64,000 nt of DNA from Candidatus Kaiserbacteria bacterium RIFCSPHIGHO2_02_FULL_49_34 (GCA_001781205.1 MFLE01000025.1:22914-86913); one strand, 5' to 3'; counted from the first letter of the stretch, positions 19,460-29,704 are shown. Made by a program: numbers and translations. Notes: generated by a model from the sequence alone, not told the origin.

Positions 19460-20214
19460 CATTGTTCAAACTTTTCTACAAAAATATTACAGTTATAGTT
19501 CTTGAAGCCGTTTCTAAAGGTATCTGCACCGAGCTTATCTTTCAAATACTGAACAAGCTCCATCTTATATTTTGATCCAGCAAGAAGTCCCGCGCTCTGC
19601 TTCACCTCATAGGTCACGCAACCGATGAGAATATCCACAACCTGCAACAAGTCATTCGACTTTGAATCAAATCAACACACTCCTGAAAGTGCCAATCTTT
19701 GTTTCGAGTTGTTAAACTTTCGTTTTGTATTCACCTCAAACTTGATCTCCTTTGGTGTGGTAATGTGATCTGCGATAAGCATCAAAACTTCTCTCTCAGC
19801 AAGCGCTGCGTCAAGTAGTTTCAGTGTCATTTTTTCGTATGCAGACCACACATCACTTGAGAAATTATCTACAAAGTATTTACTTTTTTTGTGTGTCGTA
19901 TAAGAATAAAAACTAAGGCTTCTTGTATCGAAAAAACTATCAATAACGAACTTGAAGAAATCGATATTCAGTTTTGAAACTTTATTGAATTTCATCTCGT
20001 CATGAAAATGACGTTTATTTCTTTCGTACATTATTTTACTCTGCAAATAATACGGCATACTCATCTTCAAAACACCTATCGTAAAGAATGGCTCCGCTAC
20101 ATTTGAGAGACTTCCTGATTCGTCGAGAAAGCAGAACTTCGTCCATATTTGTCTATGATCGGCCAGACATAAATCGCCAGTCTCTTTTTCTATGTTATCT
20201 GTAAAAGAATTCAT
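19459..20214 (-). pseudogene. DUF3800 family gene interrupted by one in-frame TGA (19672-19674)
   Basis: N-terminal FLDESG and C-terminal QVVD (QxxD); reads GVC*FDSKSNDLLQVVD in one frame. Confidence 0.8.
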
Positions 20215-20538
20215 AAAAATGATTATACCATATATTTACAGTACGTGTTATTTAAAAGACAAAAGTGCGACCGTATCGCAGTCAACGCCTTCTGACATGT
20301 CCATATATATACTCAGTACACCAAACACTGCAAGCAAAAAACAGGAAACGCTTTCTACTGATTTTCAAAGACTAGGATATACTGTCACAATGAGCGATAT
20401 AAAATTCAACAACTAAGATACCCAGAAGATAAAATATAATAACCCCTTGCGGAGCTATGGGCTCTTGCGAGCAAAAGAGGAATTCCTCTTACTTCCCACA
20501 TAGTAGCGCAATGAAGGAATAAATCAAGAAAAAACACC

Positions 20539-21000
20539 ATGCCACCAAGAAAACTCACCACCGAAGAATACATCTCCTACATGGACAAAACCCCTGTCGC
20601 CTGCATAGACATTGTGCTTTTTAATGAAAATCGCACACAGGTGCTGCTTTTCAAACGTACGAACGAACCCGCACAAGGCATCTATTTCACCCCCGGCGGC
20701 TGCATCCAAAAAGGAGAAACCTTCGCCGAAGCCGCCATCCGCAAAATGAAAGAAGAGCTCAACATCAGTCTCCGCCACGAAGAGCTCACAAACCCTCACA
20801 TCATCGAAGAGCTCTGGCCAAACAGCGCCTTCCCCAACATCTCCTACCACGCCATCACCATCTTCTTCGGCTACACACTCACCAAGGCAGAAGCTGACGC
20901 AATCACGCTCGACCTCCAACACAGCGCACGCCAATGGTTCAGTGTAGACGACCCAAGCATTCACCCCTACATTCAAGAGCGAATACACAGGACTCGTTAA
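20539..21000 (+). CDS. NUDIX hydrolase, GDP-mannose mannosyl hydrolase-like
   Basis: TPVACIDIV...KRTNEPAQGIYFTPGG...GETFAEA...EEL; GDP-fucose cluster context. Confidence 0.8.
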   Translation: MPPRKLTTEEYISYMDKTPVACIDIVLFNENRTQVLLFKRTNEPAQGIYFTPGGCIQKGETFAEAAIRKMKEELNISLRHEELTNPHIIEELWPNSAFPNISYHAITIFFGYTLTKAEADAITLDLQHSARQWFSVDDPSIHPYIQERIHRTR

Positions 21001-21070
21001 ACACACAAACGTTGACTAGATTACCAAAAAAACAGGCACGGAAGTTCCGTGCCTTTTGTAGTAGCTGCTT

Positions 21071-21790
21071 TTATGCACAAATATCTGCACATACCGCCTG
21101 ATGGTCGCTCAGCCCCGCATGAAGCGTAACCTTGTGTGCGGTGTATTTTCCATGGGTGAAGCAGGCGTCAACAATGCGAGGCAAGTGCCCAACTCGATGC
21201 AGAACAGGGTCGAGTGTTGTTGCTGCCTCTTGTGGGATGTTATCAACATAACATGCTGCAAGATCTGCCCACACAAGATTCATGCCTCGAGGCGCGTTCA
21301 GATCACCAAAGAGCACGAACGAGTCTTGCTGTGCTAGTAGCCGTTGGAACACTGCATAGTGCTCCAGCTGCTGTGCATCAGCCAAACCGTTCGGTGTCCA
21401 CGTGAAGTGTGTGTGGAGTATCTTATACATCAGATTATTGTGACGGAGCACAATATCTTGCAGAATACGATTCACCTGATACTCGGGAGCATTGCAGATG
21501 GGGGTTCCTGGAAACTGCGCATAGTAAGCATGCACCACGGCAACCGCATCGACGGCTGCGGACACATAACATCCAAGACCCCACACGTCACACGCAATCA
21601 ATCCGTTCGAGCGTGCCATGGGTATGAAATCCACAAGCTGCAACCCAAGCAGCTCACCGATACGGAAACGCTCCTCGAAAGGCACTTCCTGCAGAAGCAC
21701 AATCTCCGGACGCAATGTACGCACATATGCAGGAAACCGTTCTAAATGACGACGCCCTTCAATATTCAAAGAAACAACTCGAATCGACAT
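21071..21790 (-). CDS. Endonuclease/exonuclease/phosphatase family protein
   Basis: SLNI, LLQEV, FGDLNA, VD, SDH motifs. Confidence 0.85.
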   Translation of the reverse strand: MSIRVVSLNIEGRRHLERFPAYVRTLRPEIVLLQEVPFEERFRIGELLGLQLVDFIPMARSNGLIACDVWGLGCYVSAAVDAVAVVHAYYAQFPGTPICNAPEYQVNRILQDIVLRHNNLMYKILHTHFTWTPNGLADAQQLEHYAVFQRLLAQQDSFVLFGDLNAPRGMNLVWADLAACYVDNIPQEAATTLDPVLHRVGHLPRIVDACFTHGKYTAHKVTLHAGLSDHQAVCADICA

Positions 21791-21862
21791 GATATCTCTC
21801 CAATCAAAGTGACAAGCAAAGGAACTATCACGCTGGTTATAGCACAAGCATATCCATCACGC

Positions 21863-21886
21863 AAAAAAGAGCACCCGAAGATGCTC
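21863..21886. repeat. Duplicated terminator hairpin, copy 1
   Basis: aaaaaagagcacccgaagatgctc; 2 mismatches to 22513-22536. Confidence 0.8.
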
Positions 21887-22027
21887 TGTTAGATAACGTA
21901 ACTATAATATATCTGTCAACATACCACACTCATGCATTTGACAGAATGAGAGCGTTGTGGTATTTGTAGCTTTACTATTAAATCATTCTGGTTTAATACT
22001 ATAGAATTGTACCTTAAGGAGCAGACA

Positions 22028-22450
22028 ATGAACACTGCCATATCTCACGTTGACCTTCAAGAACATGTTTCGATTAAGGTCGGAAAATTCCTTATAAAAA
22101 AAGGATTCGATCTTTCAAGCAACGATGGCTTTGCAGAGCCTTCATTAAAGGTAACCGAATCAATTGGTATCTTGCAAAAGGTTGCTCCGATACCACGCAC
22201 ATATTTTTTCGGACTCATTACAATAATGAAACAACCCCGGCGGAGGTTTCTCGGAACTATCTGGTTTAAAGACGCAGAAAATAGTGCCGCAGGGACTAAC
22301 TGGATCATTTCACTGCGTGGCCGAGAGAATCTCGACCTGATTAAACAGCTGGCTGGCGAGATGACTTCAGCATTCAATGTGCAGATCAGAATTCGCTTGA
22401 TAAGTGAGCATTCACGCTCTGAATATTTCAACCCGGGATACATTGGCTAA
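22028..22450 (+). CDS. Hypothetical cassette protein B (paralog of 15813-16232)
   Basis: AAGGAG SD; promoter and leader similar to copy A; own hairpin at 22466-22500. Confidence 0.85.
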   Translation: MNTAISHVDLQEHVSIKVGKFLIKKGFDLSSNDGFAEPSLKVTESIGILQKVAPIPRTYFFGLITIMKQPRRRFLGTIWFKDAENSAAGTNWIISLRGRENLDLIKQLAGEMTSAFNVQIRIRLISEHSRSEYFNPGYIG

Positions 22451-22512
22451 TACCGCTTGAAATACATGCCTCATGTTGAACACAGTTCAACATGAGGCAT
22501 TTTCTTTACTAT

Positions 22513-22536
22513 AAAAAAGAGCACCCGGAGGTGCTC
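22513..22536. repeat. Duplicated terminator hairpin, copy 2 (terminator of the CDP-sugar operon)
   Basis: aaaaaagagcacccggaggtgctc. Confidence 0.8.
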
Positions 22537-22546
22537 GTACTTCGTC

Positions 22547-23464
22547 TCATTGCATTGTTCGCATGACGCGATCGATGGCTTCGAGTGAAGTGTATTTGGG
22601 AGCACAGCCCATGTCGGCAAGTGTTGTCCGACATGAGTAGTACGCATGTTTTTTTCCTGTGGGACTTTGAGGTTCCTCGTCAGTTATAGCAGTGCGAAGC
22701 CCCCAGGTTTCTTTGAAGTACGTTAGCAAGTCAAACTTTGTGACAGGCCATGCACTTTGCAAGTCGTACGCCGTATTTTCTGGCGGACGCTGAAGGAGAA
22801 AGAACAAGACATGCGAGACCATTTCTGGTGTCACATAGTCGCGTACGATATCATCAGGACTCGTGATAAACACCTCACCCGAACGAACGCACGCTACCAA
22901 CTGTGAAAGCAGAAAGAACGATTCGCTCACATCAACCTGTGCACTAAAGAACGAAAAGAGACGCAGGTCGACAATAGGCAGATTGTCGTGTGCACGATGC
23001 TTCAATTCCGATGCGAGTTTCGCAACTGCATAGAAATCAGAGACATGCACAGCATCGGGGTCGAACGTTGCTTCTGCCGCTTTGAGAAGCGGCTCGCCAC
23101 ATCGTCCGCCATAGATTGCCCCCGTACTGATATTGAAGGCGCGAACACCAGGATATCGCTTGCAATATGCCATCGTAAGCGCATCCATGGATTCCGTCAC
23201 CTCAAATATCGCACGAGGATTGCTCGCGAGCGCCTGAGGACTCCCGATACCTGTCGCATTCACAATCACATCAGCACCCCGCCGAAGCAGCGTGTCAATG
23301 TGATGTATCTGGACTGATTCAGGAACCCCAAGTGCACGGAGCATTTTCTCCGCTTGGTCAACATCCCTCACAAAAAGTGAAAGTTCCGCACGCGGGTCGC
23401 GCGCCAGCCTGACCGCCAGCGAACGACCCACATACCCCGTCGCGCCAAGAATGGCGATTCGCAT
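22547..23464 (-). CDS. NAD-dependent epimerase/dehydratase/reductase (SDR)
   Basis: GATGYVG, YAVAK (YxxxK). Confidence 0.85.
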   Translation of the reverse strand: MRIAILGATGYVGRSLAVRLARDPRAELSLFVRDVDQAEKMLRALGVPESVQIHHIDTLLRRGADVIVNATGIGSPQALASNPRAIFEVTESMDALTMAYCKRYPGVRAFNISTGAIYGGRCGEPLLKAAEATFDPDAVHVSDFYAVAKLASELKHRAHDNLPIVDLRLFSFFSAQVDVSESFFLLSQLVACVRSGEVFITSPDDIVRDYVTPEMVSHVLFFLLQRPPENTAYDLQSAWPVTKFDLLTYFKETWGLRTAITDEEPQSPTGKKHAYYSCRTTLADMGCAPKYTSLEAIDRVMRTMQ

Positions 23465-23473
23465 AGGTACCTC

Positions 23474-25255
23474 CTATTCATCCACGGGATGAACAATCAT
23501 GTTGCTCAAATACTCATCCCGATCAAGAAACGGCATCATGTCCTCGAGAGGACGCGAAACCATCTTGCCTTCTGCTGTTTTTTTAGAAGCAGCAGTTGGC
23601 ACAACCGGTTCGTTTTCAGGGCAGATCACTTCGCAAATCACGGGACCATTTTCCGCTAGCACGTCCTGCAAATCTTCTGCAAGGGTCGCGCTGTTCTGCA
23701 GTCGACGATACATGATTCCATATGCATCAGCAATCTTTTGCGTATCGGGAAGCGATAGCCCCGACGTTCCATCAGTACCAACAAGTCGTCCTTCAAAGAA
23801 CTTGGTTTGCGTGGCACGAATGGACAGGTAGCCATTGTTGTTGAGAATGAACAGCTTGATGGGGAGCTTGTGGTGCGCGATGGTTTGGAGATCTTGAATG
23901 TTCATCTGAAATGAACCATCTCCAGTGACTCCGTACGTAGGCCCCCCCTTTGCAAAGCTTGCGCCAATACATGCAGGCAGTGTGAACCCCATTTCAGCTT
24001 GTCCGCCAGAGGTAAGGAAGCGTTGCGCTCCTTTCAGGTTGATTGCCTGTGCCGTCACGTAGAATGCGGAGCCTGCATCTGAGATAACAACCGCATCATC
24101 TTCCATGATAGTACTCAGCGTGTCGATAAAGTGATACATACTGACCACGTCATCATAAACACGATACTCAGGCAAACATACTGGATATTTCTCCTTCCAT
24201 GCCTGACAGGTTGCCAACCACGACTTCGTGGCTGGTTTTTGCGACAAAATGCATTTGGTTAAAAACTCCTTTGCGTCTGCGTGGACAAAATGATCGACGT
24301 GGATGGTACGCTTCTTGTGCTCAACCGGATCGATATCAACCACAGTAATCAATGCTTCACGTGCGAAGAGTGAGTATTCATACCCAATCGCCGTCACGCT
24401 GAGACGACTTCCGATTGAAAGGACTAGGTCCGCATTTTGTACCGCAAGGTTCCCTGCACGACTACCCTTGATACCAATCACACCGACATACATCGGATGA
24501 TCAGTATCGAGCATGCCGACACCGAGATATGGCGCAACGACCGGAATCTTGTACCGTTCAACGAACGCCTTGAGCTGTGGAATCGCGTCTGCAATCCGCA
24601 CACCTTGCCCTGCAATAATCACAGGACGCTTCGCACGCGAGAGCCTGCCTGCCACGGCATGACACTCCCCTTTCGACGGAACACGTCGAGCACCTGCCAC
24701 CTGCACAGTGCATGCAGGTGGCACTGCGGGCATCTGCGCCCCCTGCACATCCATCGGCACATCGATCCATACTGGACCGGGACGTCCGGATGTTGCAAGC
24801 TGCAGTGCTTGTTCGAGATGCTCTGCAACATGCGCAGGATCAGTCACCATCACCGCATACTTCGTGATTGATTGCACGATAGCGATAACATCAGCTTCTT
24901 GCGTGCCAAGTTGACGAAGCGGGACGCCGGTACCACGTGTTGTTTCGGACTGTTTGACTTGTCCAGAAATAAACACAACCGGCACATTATCCTGCCACGC
25001 CGTCAGAAGGCCCGTGATTGCATTCGTCGCACCACAACCGGTGCTTGTAAACGCAGCACTTATGCCTCCCGTGTATTTTGCATACCCGACCGCAGCCATT
25101 GCCGATGCTTGTTCGTGGTGATTGCACACCACGTCCATGTCCGGGTGGACATGGAGCGCATCAGACAGAAACATCATGCCGCCGCCCGACACCATAAAGG
25201 TGTGATGGACGCCGGCACGATACAGCCGATCAACAATATAGTCAGCGACTCGCAT
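23474..25255 (-). CDS. TPP-dependent acetolactate synthase-like enzyme (YerE-like)
   Basis: HHEQASAMAA, GRPGPVWIDVP, GDGSFQMN...NNNGY; inside the CDP-sugar operon. Confidence 0.88.
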   Translation of the reverse strand: MRVADYIVDRLYRAGVHHTFMVSGGGMMFLSDALHVHPDMDVVCNHHEQASAMAAVGYAKYTGGISAAFTSTGCGATNAITGLLTAWQDNVPVVFISGQVKQSETTRGTGVPLRQLGTQEADVIAIVQSITKYAVMVTDPAHVAEHLEQALQLATSGRPGPVWIDVPMDVQGAQMPAVPPACTVQVAGARRVPSKGECHAVAGRLSRAKRPVIIAGQGVRIADAIPQLKAFVERYKIPVVAPYLGVGMLDTDHPMYVGVIGIKGSRAGNLAVQNADLVLSIGSRLSVTAIGYEYSLFAREALITVVDIDPVEHKKRTIHVDHFVHADAKEFLTKCILSQKPATKSWLATCQAWKEKYPVCLPEYRVYDDVVSMYHFIDTLSTIMEDDAVVISDAGSAFYVTAQAINLKGAQRFLTSGGQAEMGFTLPACIGASFAKGGPTYGVTGDGSFQMNIQDLQTIAHHKLPIKLFILNNNGYLSIRATQTKFFEGRLVGTDGTSGLSLPDTQKIADAYGIMYRRLQNSATLAEDLQDVLAENGPVICEVICPENEPVVPTAASKKTAEGKMVSRPLEDMMPFLDRDEYLSNMIVHPVDE

Positions 25256-25260
25256 AGTAA

Positions 25261-26436
25261 TTACTCCTTCAGAAGTGACTGTTTCAATCGATGAACGCCT
25301 TCCACGATATTTTCTCGTGAATTCACGACACACATGCGAATGTACCCCTCCCCATACTCACCGAAGTTTGTACCGGGAAGAAGTGCAACGCCCGCTTTGT
25401 CGAGTGCGAAGTTCGCAAACTCCTCACTCGTCATCCCCGTTCCCGTAATATTCGGGAACACATACAACGCCCCGCCAGGCTCAAGACACCGGATACCCGG
25501 AATGTCGTTGAGTCCATCAACGAGAAGCTGCATGCGCTCCTGATACTCGTGCGTCATGTGCTGCACCTCAGACTGGTCGCCGGTAATCGCCTCAAGTGCG
25601 CCGTACTGTACGAACGGCGGCACGCATGACGATGTGGTTTGCAGCATGAGATCCATTTTTGCGATCACATCATGTGGTCCAACAACCGCGCCGACACGCC
25701 ACCCTGTCATTGCAAACGCTTTACTCCAGCCGTTCACAACGATTGTGCGTTCCTTGCACTGGTCGAGATACGACGGACTCGAGAACGTGATACCGTCCGC
25801 GAAATACATCCGCGCATAAATCTCATCACTAAACAGGTACAAATCATGTGCTTTCGCAATTTCGGCAATACGCCGAATCTCACCCCCTGTCATTACCGAC
25901 CCTGTCGGATTATTCGGGGAGTTCAGCATGATCATGCGTGTTTTGCTCGTGATGCGCGACTGCACATCATCCGGATGCATGCGAAACTGGTTTGCTTCGC
26001 GAAGCGGCACCCGAACAGGCACCGCACCGCACGCTTTGATGACCGAGTAGTAGGTGGGAAACCCAGGATCCGGCACGATGATTTCATCGCCAGGCTCTAC
26101 GAGGCATTGCACCGCGTAGAAAATGGCAATATTTGCACCAGGAGTAATGAGTACCTGCTCCAAATCGGGTAAGAACCCACGCGAGCGCTGCGTCGCAAGA
26201 CGCACCGCTTCACGCAATTCCGTAATCCCAATCGAAGGAGCATAGTGTGTCTTCCCTGTTTGGAGTGCCAGACATGCAGCATCCACCACATTCTGCGGCG
26301 TCCCAAAATCAGGATCGCCGATTTCAAAGTGAATGATGTCTTTGCCTTGCCGTTGCATTTCCTGTACTTTCGCAAGCACTTTGAACATCGGCTGTCCATC
26401 AAGACTTTGCGCAAAACGCGTGAGTCGATATTTCAT
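25261..26436 (-). CDS. PLP-dependent class I/II aminotransferase
   Basis: NSPNNPTG, SDEIY, SKAFAMTGWRVG. Confidence 0.92.
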   Translation of the reverse strand: MKYRLTRFAQSLDGQPMFKVLAKVQEMQRQGKDIIHFEIGDPDFGTPQNVVDAACLALQTGKTHYAPSIGITELREAVRLATQRSRGFLPDLEQVLITPGANIAIFYAVQCLVEPGDEIIVPDPGFPTYYSVIKACGAVPVRVPLREANQFRMHPDDVQSRITSKTRMIMLNSPNNPTGSVMTGGEIRRIAEIAKAHDLYLFSDEIYARMYFADGITFSSPSYLDQCKERTIVVNGWSKAFAMTGWRVGAVVGPHDVIAKMDLMLQTTSSCVPPFVQYGALEAITGDQSEVQHMTHEYQERMQLLVDGLNDIPGIRCLEPGGALYVFPNITGTGMTSEEFANFALDKAGVALLPGTNFGEYGEGYIRMCVVNSRENIVEGVHRLKQSLLKE

Positions 26437-26439
26437 GAT

Positions 26440-27216
26440 TTACTCCTTCCAAAGTTTCCAAGGTGCTCCCTTTTCCCACTGGGCCTCGAGCTTTTGTTTA
26501 TCGCTGAGGGTGTCCATGGGATGCCAGAAGCCGTTGTGTGCGAAAGACGCGAGTTGACCTTCCGTTGCGAGCGTCCGAAGGGGTGCTTGTTCGAAGATGG
26601 TTGCGTCGCCTTCCGTGAGGTAGTCGAGCACCTTCCCTTCAAGCACAAAGAACCCACCGTTGACCCGCTTTTGGTTGTCGGTCTTCTCGGAGAATCCCGA
26701 CACGATGTTGTCGTTGTTAATATCCACGACACCAAAGCGTCCTTCCGGCACAATGGTCGTGAGTGTTGCAAGACGTCCATGCGACTCATGGAAACGGACG
26801 AGTTCAGCGATATTGATATCGCCGACGCCGTCGCCATAGGTCATCATGAAGCGTTCGTCCGGCGCAATATGCTCGCGCAGGCGCGCAAGGCGCCCGCCGG
26901 TCATTGTTGTTGCGCCAGTATCGATAAGTGACACACGCCACGGCTCCAGGTTCGGATCATGGTACCGCACACCACCAGTTGCAAAGTCAATCGTGAGATC
27001 GCTTTTGCAGGCACGGTAGTCGAGGAACCAATCCTTGATCACTTCCCCTTTATAGCCGAGGCAAATGATGAAATCATTGAATCCATAGTGCGAATAAATT
27101 TTCATGATATGCCACAAAATCGGCATACCGCCAATTTCCACCATCGGTTTCGGGCGCACATGCGTCTCTTCCGAGAGCCGTGTGCCGAGACCGCCTGCGA
27201 GGATAACTACTTTCAT
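26440..27216 (-). CDS. rfbF: Glucose-1-phosphate cytidylyltransferase
   Basis: ILAGGLGTRLSEET..PKPM, TMTGGRL, TYGDG, GFWHPMDT. Confidence 0.95.
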   Translation of the reverse strand: MKVVILAGGLGTRLSEETHVRPKPMVEIGGMPILWHIMKIYSHYGFNDFIICLGYKGEVIKDWFLDYRACKSDLTIDFATGGVRYHDPNLEPWRVSLIDTGATTMTGGRLARLREHIAPDERFMMTYGDGVGDINIAELVRFHESHGRLATLTTIVPEGRFGVVDINNDNIVSGFSEKTDNQKRVNGGFFVLEGKVLDYLTEGDATIFEQAPLRTLATEGQLASFAHNGFWHPMDTLSDKQKLEAQWEKGAPWKLWKE

Positions 27217-28343
27217 GGTCGTTCTCCTTCTGAGAAGTTGTTGAAATATGAATTGATTTGCTGCAAGGTCACCTCTCGTGCAGTGCACAAATCTTCTGCA
27301 ACCTGTGCATACCACATCACGGTTTGCGTGAGTGTGGTATCGATATCCCATTGCGAACGCCACCCAAGGCGACGATTCGCCTTGGTGACATCGAGCGTCA
27401 AAAGTCCTGCCTCATGCTTCGCTCCATCATGATGCTCATCACACTGCATTGTTCCTCGCCATGCGGTCTTCTGTTCGAAGAGTGTCAGCACACGCTGTAC
27501 CATCTCTCCCACAGGAAGCCATAAATCATGGTCGGGGCCAAAATTCCACGCACCAGAGAACTCGGTCTCGCCCTTTACAAGGCGAGCGCCGAGCGCAAGG
27601 TACCCAGAAACAGGTTCAAGCACATGCTCCCACGGACGCACCGCGAACGGACTTCGGATCAAGACATCGCTGCCGCTATCCAAAACCGAACGCATAATGT
27701 CAGGAATGATACGGTCGGGCGACCAATCGCCACCACCAATAACATTCCCCGCACGAGCAATCGCCACAAGCGTAGTGTGACGCTCGCCGTACTGCGTAGG
27801 ATTGAAGAATGAGCGAATATATGACTGCGCCACAATATCCGCCGCCGCCTTACTGCCACTATACGGGTCATACCCGCCAAGCGGATCATGTTCCCGATAG
27901 CCGTAATCGATCTCCTTGTTTTCGTAGACCTTGTCGGTCGTGATAATGACCGCAGCTTTCACTGTTGCCGTTTGCCGAATTGCTTCGAGCACATTCGTGG
28001 TCCCGATAACATTCGTCGTAATGGTCGCAAGCGGCTCGTCATAACTGTGTCGCACCAAGGGCTGCGCCGCAAGATGAAACACAATGTCTGGCGAGACCTG
28101 CTGCATAAGTGCGCGCACACGGTCACTGTCACGAATATCAAATTCATGATGTTCAACCATGTCCTGCAACCCCGTAACCACAAAAATATCGCGATACGTG
28201 CGCGGCGGTAGGCTTACACCCACCACCCGCGCACCAAGAGCAAGAAGCGTATGACACAGCCACGAACCCTTAAAGCCCGTATGCCCCGTTACTAAAACCG
28301 TCTTGCCTTGATACGTGTCACGCAAAAACTGATAGGATTGCAT
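27213..28343 (-). CDS. rfbG: CDP-glucose 4,6-dehydratase
   Basis: TGHTGFKGSWL, HLAAQPLV, DPYSGSK, RAGNVIGGGDW. Confidence 0.95.
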   Translation of the reverse strand: MQSYQFLRDTYQGKTVLVTGHTGFKGSWLCHTLLALGARVVGVSLPPRTYRDIFVVTGLQDMVEHHEFDIRDSDRVRALMQQVSPDIVFHLAAQPLVRHSYDEPLATITTNVIGTTNVLEAIRQTATVKAAVIITTDKVYENKEIDYGYREHDPLGGYDPYSGSKAAADIVAQSYIRSFFNPTQYGERHTTLVAIARAGNVIGGGDWSPDRIIPDIMRSVLDSGSDVLIRSPFAVRPWEHVLEPVSGYLALGARLVKGETEFSGAWNFGPDHDLWLPVGEMVQRVLTLFEQKTAWRGTMQCDEHHDGAKHEAGLLTLDVTKANRRLGWRSQWDIDTTLTQTVMWYAQVAEDLCTAREVTLQQINSYFNNFSEGERP

Positions 28344-28495
28344 AGCAATCTCCTTTCTTTAGTGTCAAAGACCAAACCCAAATACAGAATGACAATTTAT
28401 TCCAGTTTCGTCAATATTGACAACTTCACCAATGTTGCATAACTTTACCTCAGCTCGAACCCCTGTTCGTTCTTTTCACAACCTGGAGAAATATC

Positions 28496-29704
28496 ATGCG
28501 CGTTCCCTATGCTCAGTCTGTTCATGGCGAGGAAGAAGTCCAAGCCGTCGTCAATGTTCTGCGTGGCAATACCGCACTCGGCCCGAAAACCAAAGAGTTC
28601 GAGGAAAAAACCGCTGCACATTTCGGCAAAAAGTACGGCATCATGGTGAACTCTGGTTCATCCGCCAACCTGCTCGCGCTCGAATTGTTGAATGCGGAGC
28701 CTGGCGATGAAATCATCACCCCGCTCCTGACCTTCGGCACGGTCGTTGCACCCATCCTGCAAAAAGGCCTCGTCCCCGTCTTTCTCGACGTCGACGAAGG
28801 CACCTACGTCATCGATGCAGACAAAGTCGAAGCGGCAATCACCCCGAAAACCAAAGCGTTGCTCATCCCGTCACTCCTCGGCAACCTGCCGAATCTGGAA
28901 AAGCTCGCCGCCATCGCAGCAAAGCACAACATCGTCTTCATCGAAGACTCGTGCGACACCTTCGGCGGCAGCTTTAAGGGTCAACCAACCGGCACCTACT
29001 CGCATATCACCACAACCAGCTTCTACGGCTCGCACATTATCAACGGTGCAGGCGGTGGCGGCATGGTCATGGTGAACAGCGAGGCTCTCGCGGAACGACT
29101 TGTCGTCCTGCGCGGCTGGGGCCGTCGTTCGTCGCTCTTTGGCGAAGGGGCGGAATCCGAAAAGGCCGAGAATCGCTTCAATGTCGAGCTCGGCGGCGTG
29201 CAATACGACGCAAAGTTTGTCTTCTCGGAAATCGGCTACAACTTCCTGCCGCTCGAACTCTCGGCCGCATTCGCGCTCGAGCAACTCAAGCGACTCGATG
29301 GTTTCGCTGCAACACGCCGCAGTCACTACGCCTCGCTCCTGCAGTTCTTCAAGCAGTATGAAAAATACTTCATTCTACCGAAGCAAACTGAAGGTGCCGA
29401 CGCCGTCTGGCTGGCATTCCCTGTTGTCATTCGTGACAGCGCGCCGTTCGTCCGCAAGGACATTGCGCTCTTCCTCGAAGCCGCCGACATTCAGACCCGC
29501 CCCGTCTTCACGGGCAACGTCCTGAAACAGCCAGCCTTCGAGAAGATCCCGCATCGCCTCGCCGAAGCAAGCTACGAGAACACCGAGCAAGTCATGCGCG
29601 GCGGACTCGTCTTCGCCTGTCATCAAGGCCTCACCGAGGAACAGCTCGACTACGTCAAGGAGCAAATCACCACCTTCATCGCAACCCGCACGACAACCGC
29701 ATAG
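28496..29704 (+). CDS. DegT/DnrJ-family PLP enzyme with His in place of the catalytic Lys (RfbH/ColD-like 3-dehydratase)
   Basis: VNSGSSANL, IEDSCD, TSFYGSHII, GYNF, IQTRPVFTGN. Confidence 0.8.
   Translation: MRVPYAQSVHGEEEVQAVVNVLRGNTALGPKTKEFEEKTAAHFGKKYGIMVNSGSSANLLALELLNAEPGDEIITPLLTFGTVVAPILQKGLVPVFLDVDEGTYVIDADKVEAAITPKTKALLIPSLLGNLPNLEKLAAIAAKHNIVFIEDSCDTFGGSFKGQPTGTYSHITTTSFYGSHIINGAGGGGMVMVNSEALAERLVVLRGWGRRSSLFGEGAESEKAENRFNVELGGVQYDAKFVFSEIGYNFLPLELSAAFALEQLKRLDGFAATRRSHYASLLQFFKQYEKYFILPKQTEGADAVWLAFPVVIRDSAPFVRKDIALFLEAADIQTRPVFTGNVLKQPAFEKIPHRLAEASYENTEQVMRGGLVFACHQGLTEEQLDYVKEQITTFIATRTTTA

Noticed and set aside
19672-19674. TGA recoding (genetic code 25 or selenocysteine)
   Set aside because: Other genes terminate properly at TGA (e.g. 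22547, 32651), no other in-frame TGA was seen in conserved genes, and no SECIS is evident
20192-20416. 74-aa ORF upstream of the DUF3800 gene
   Set aside because: AT-rich, overlaps the DUF3800 start, no motif or RBS; probably spurious
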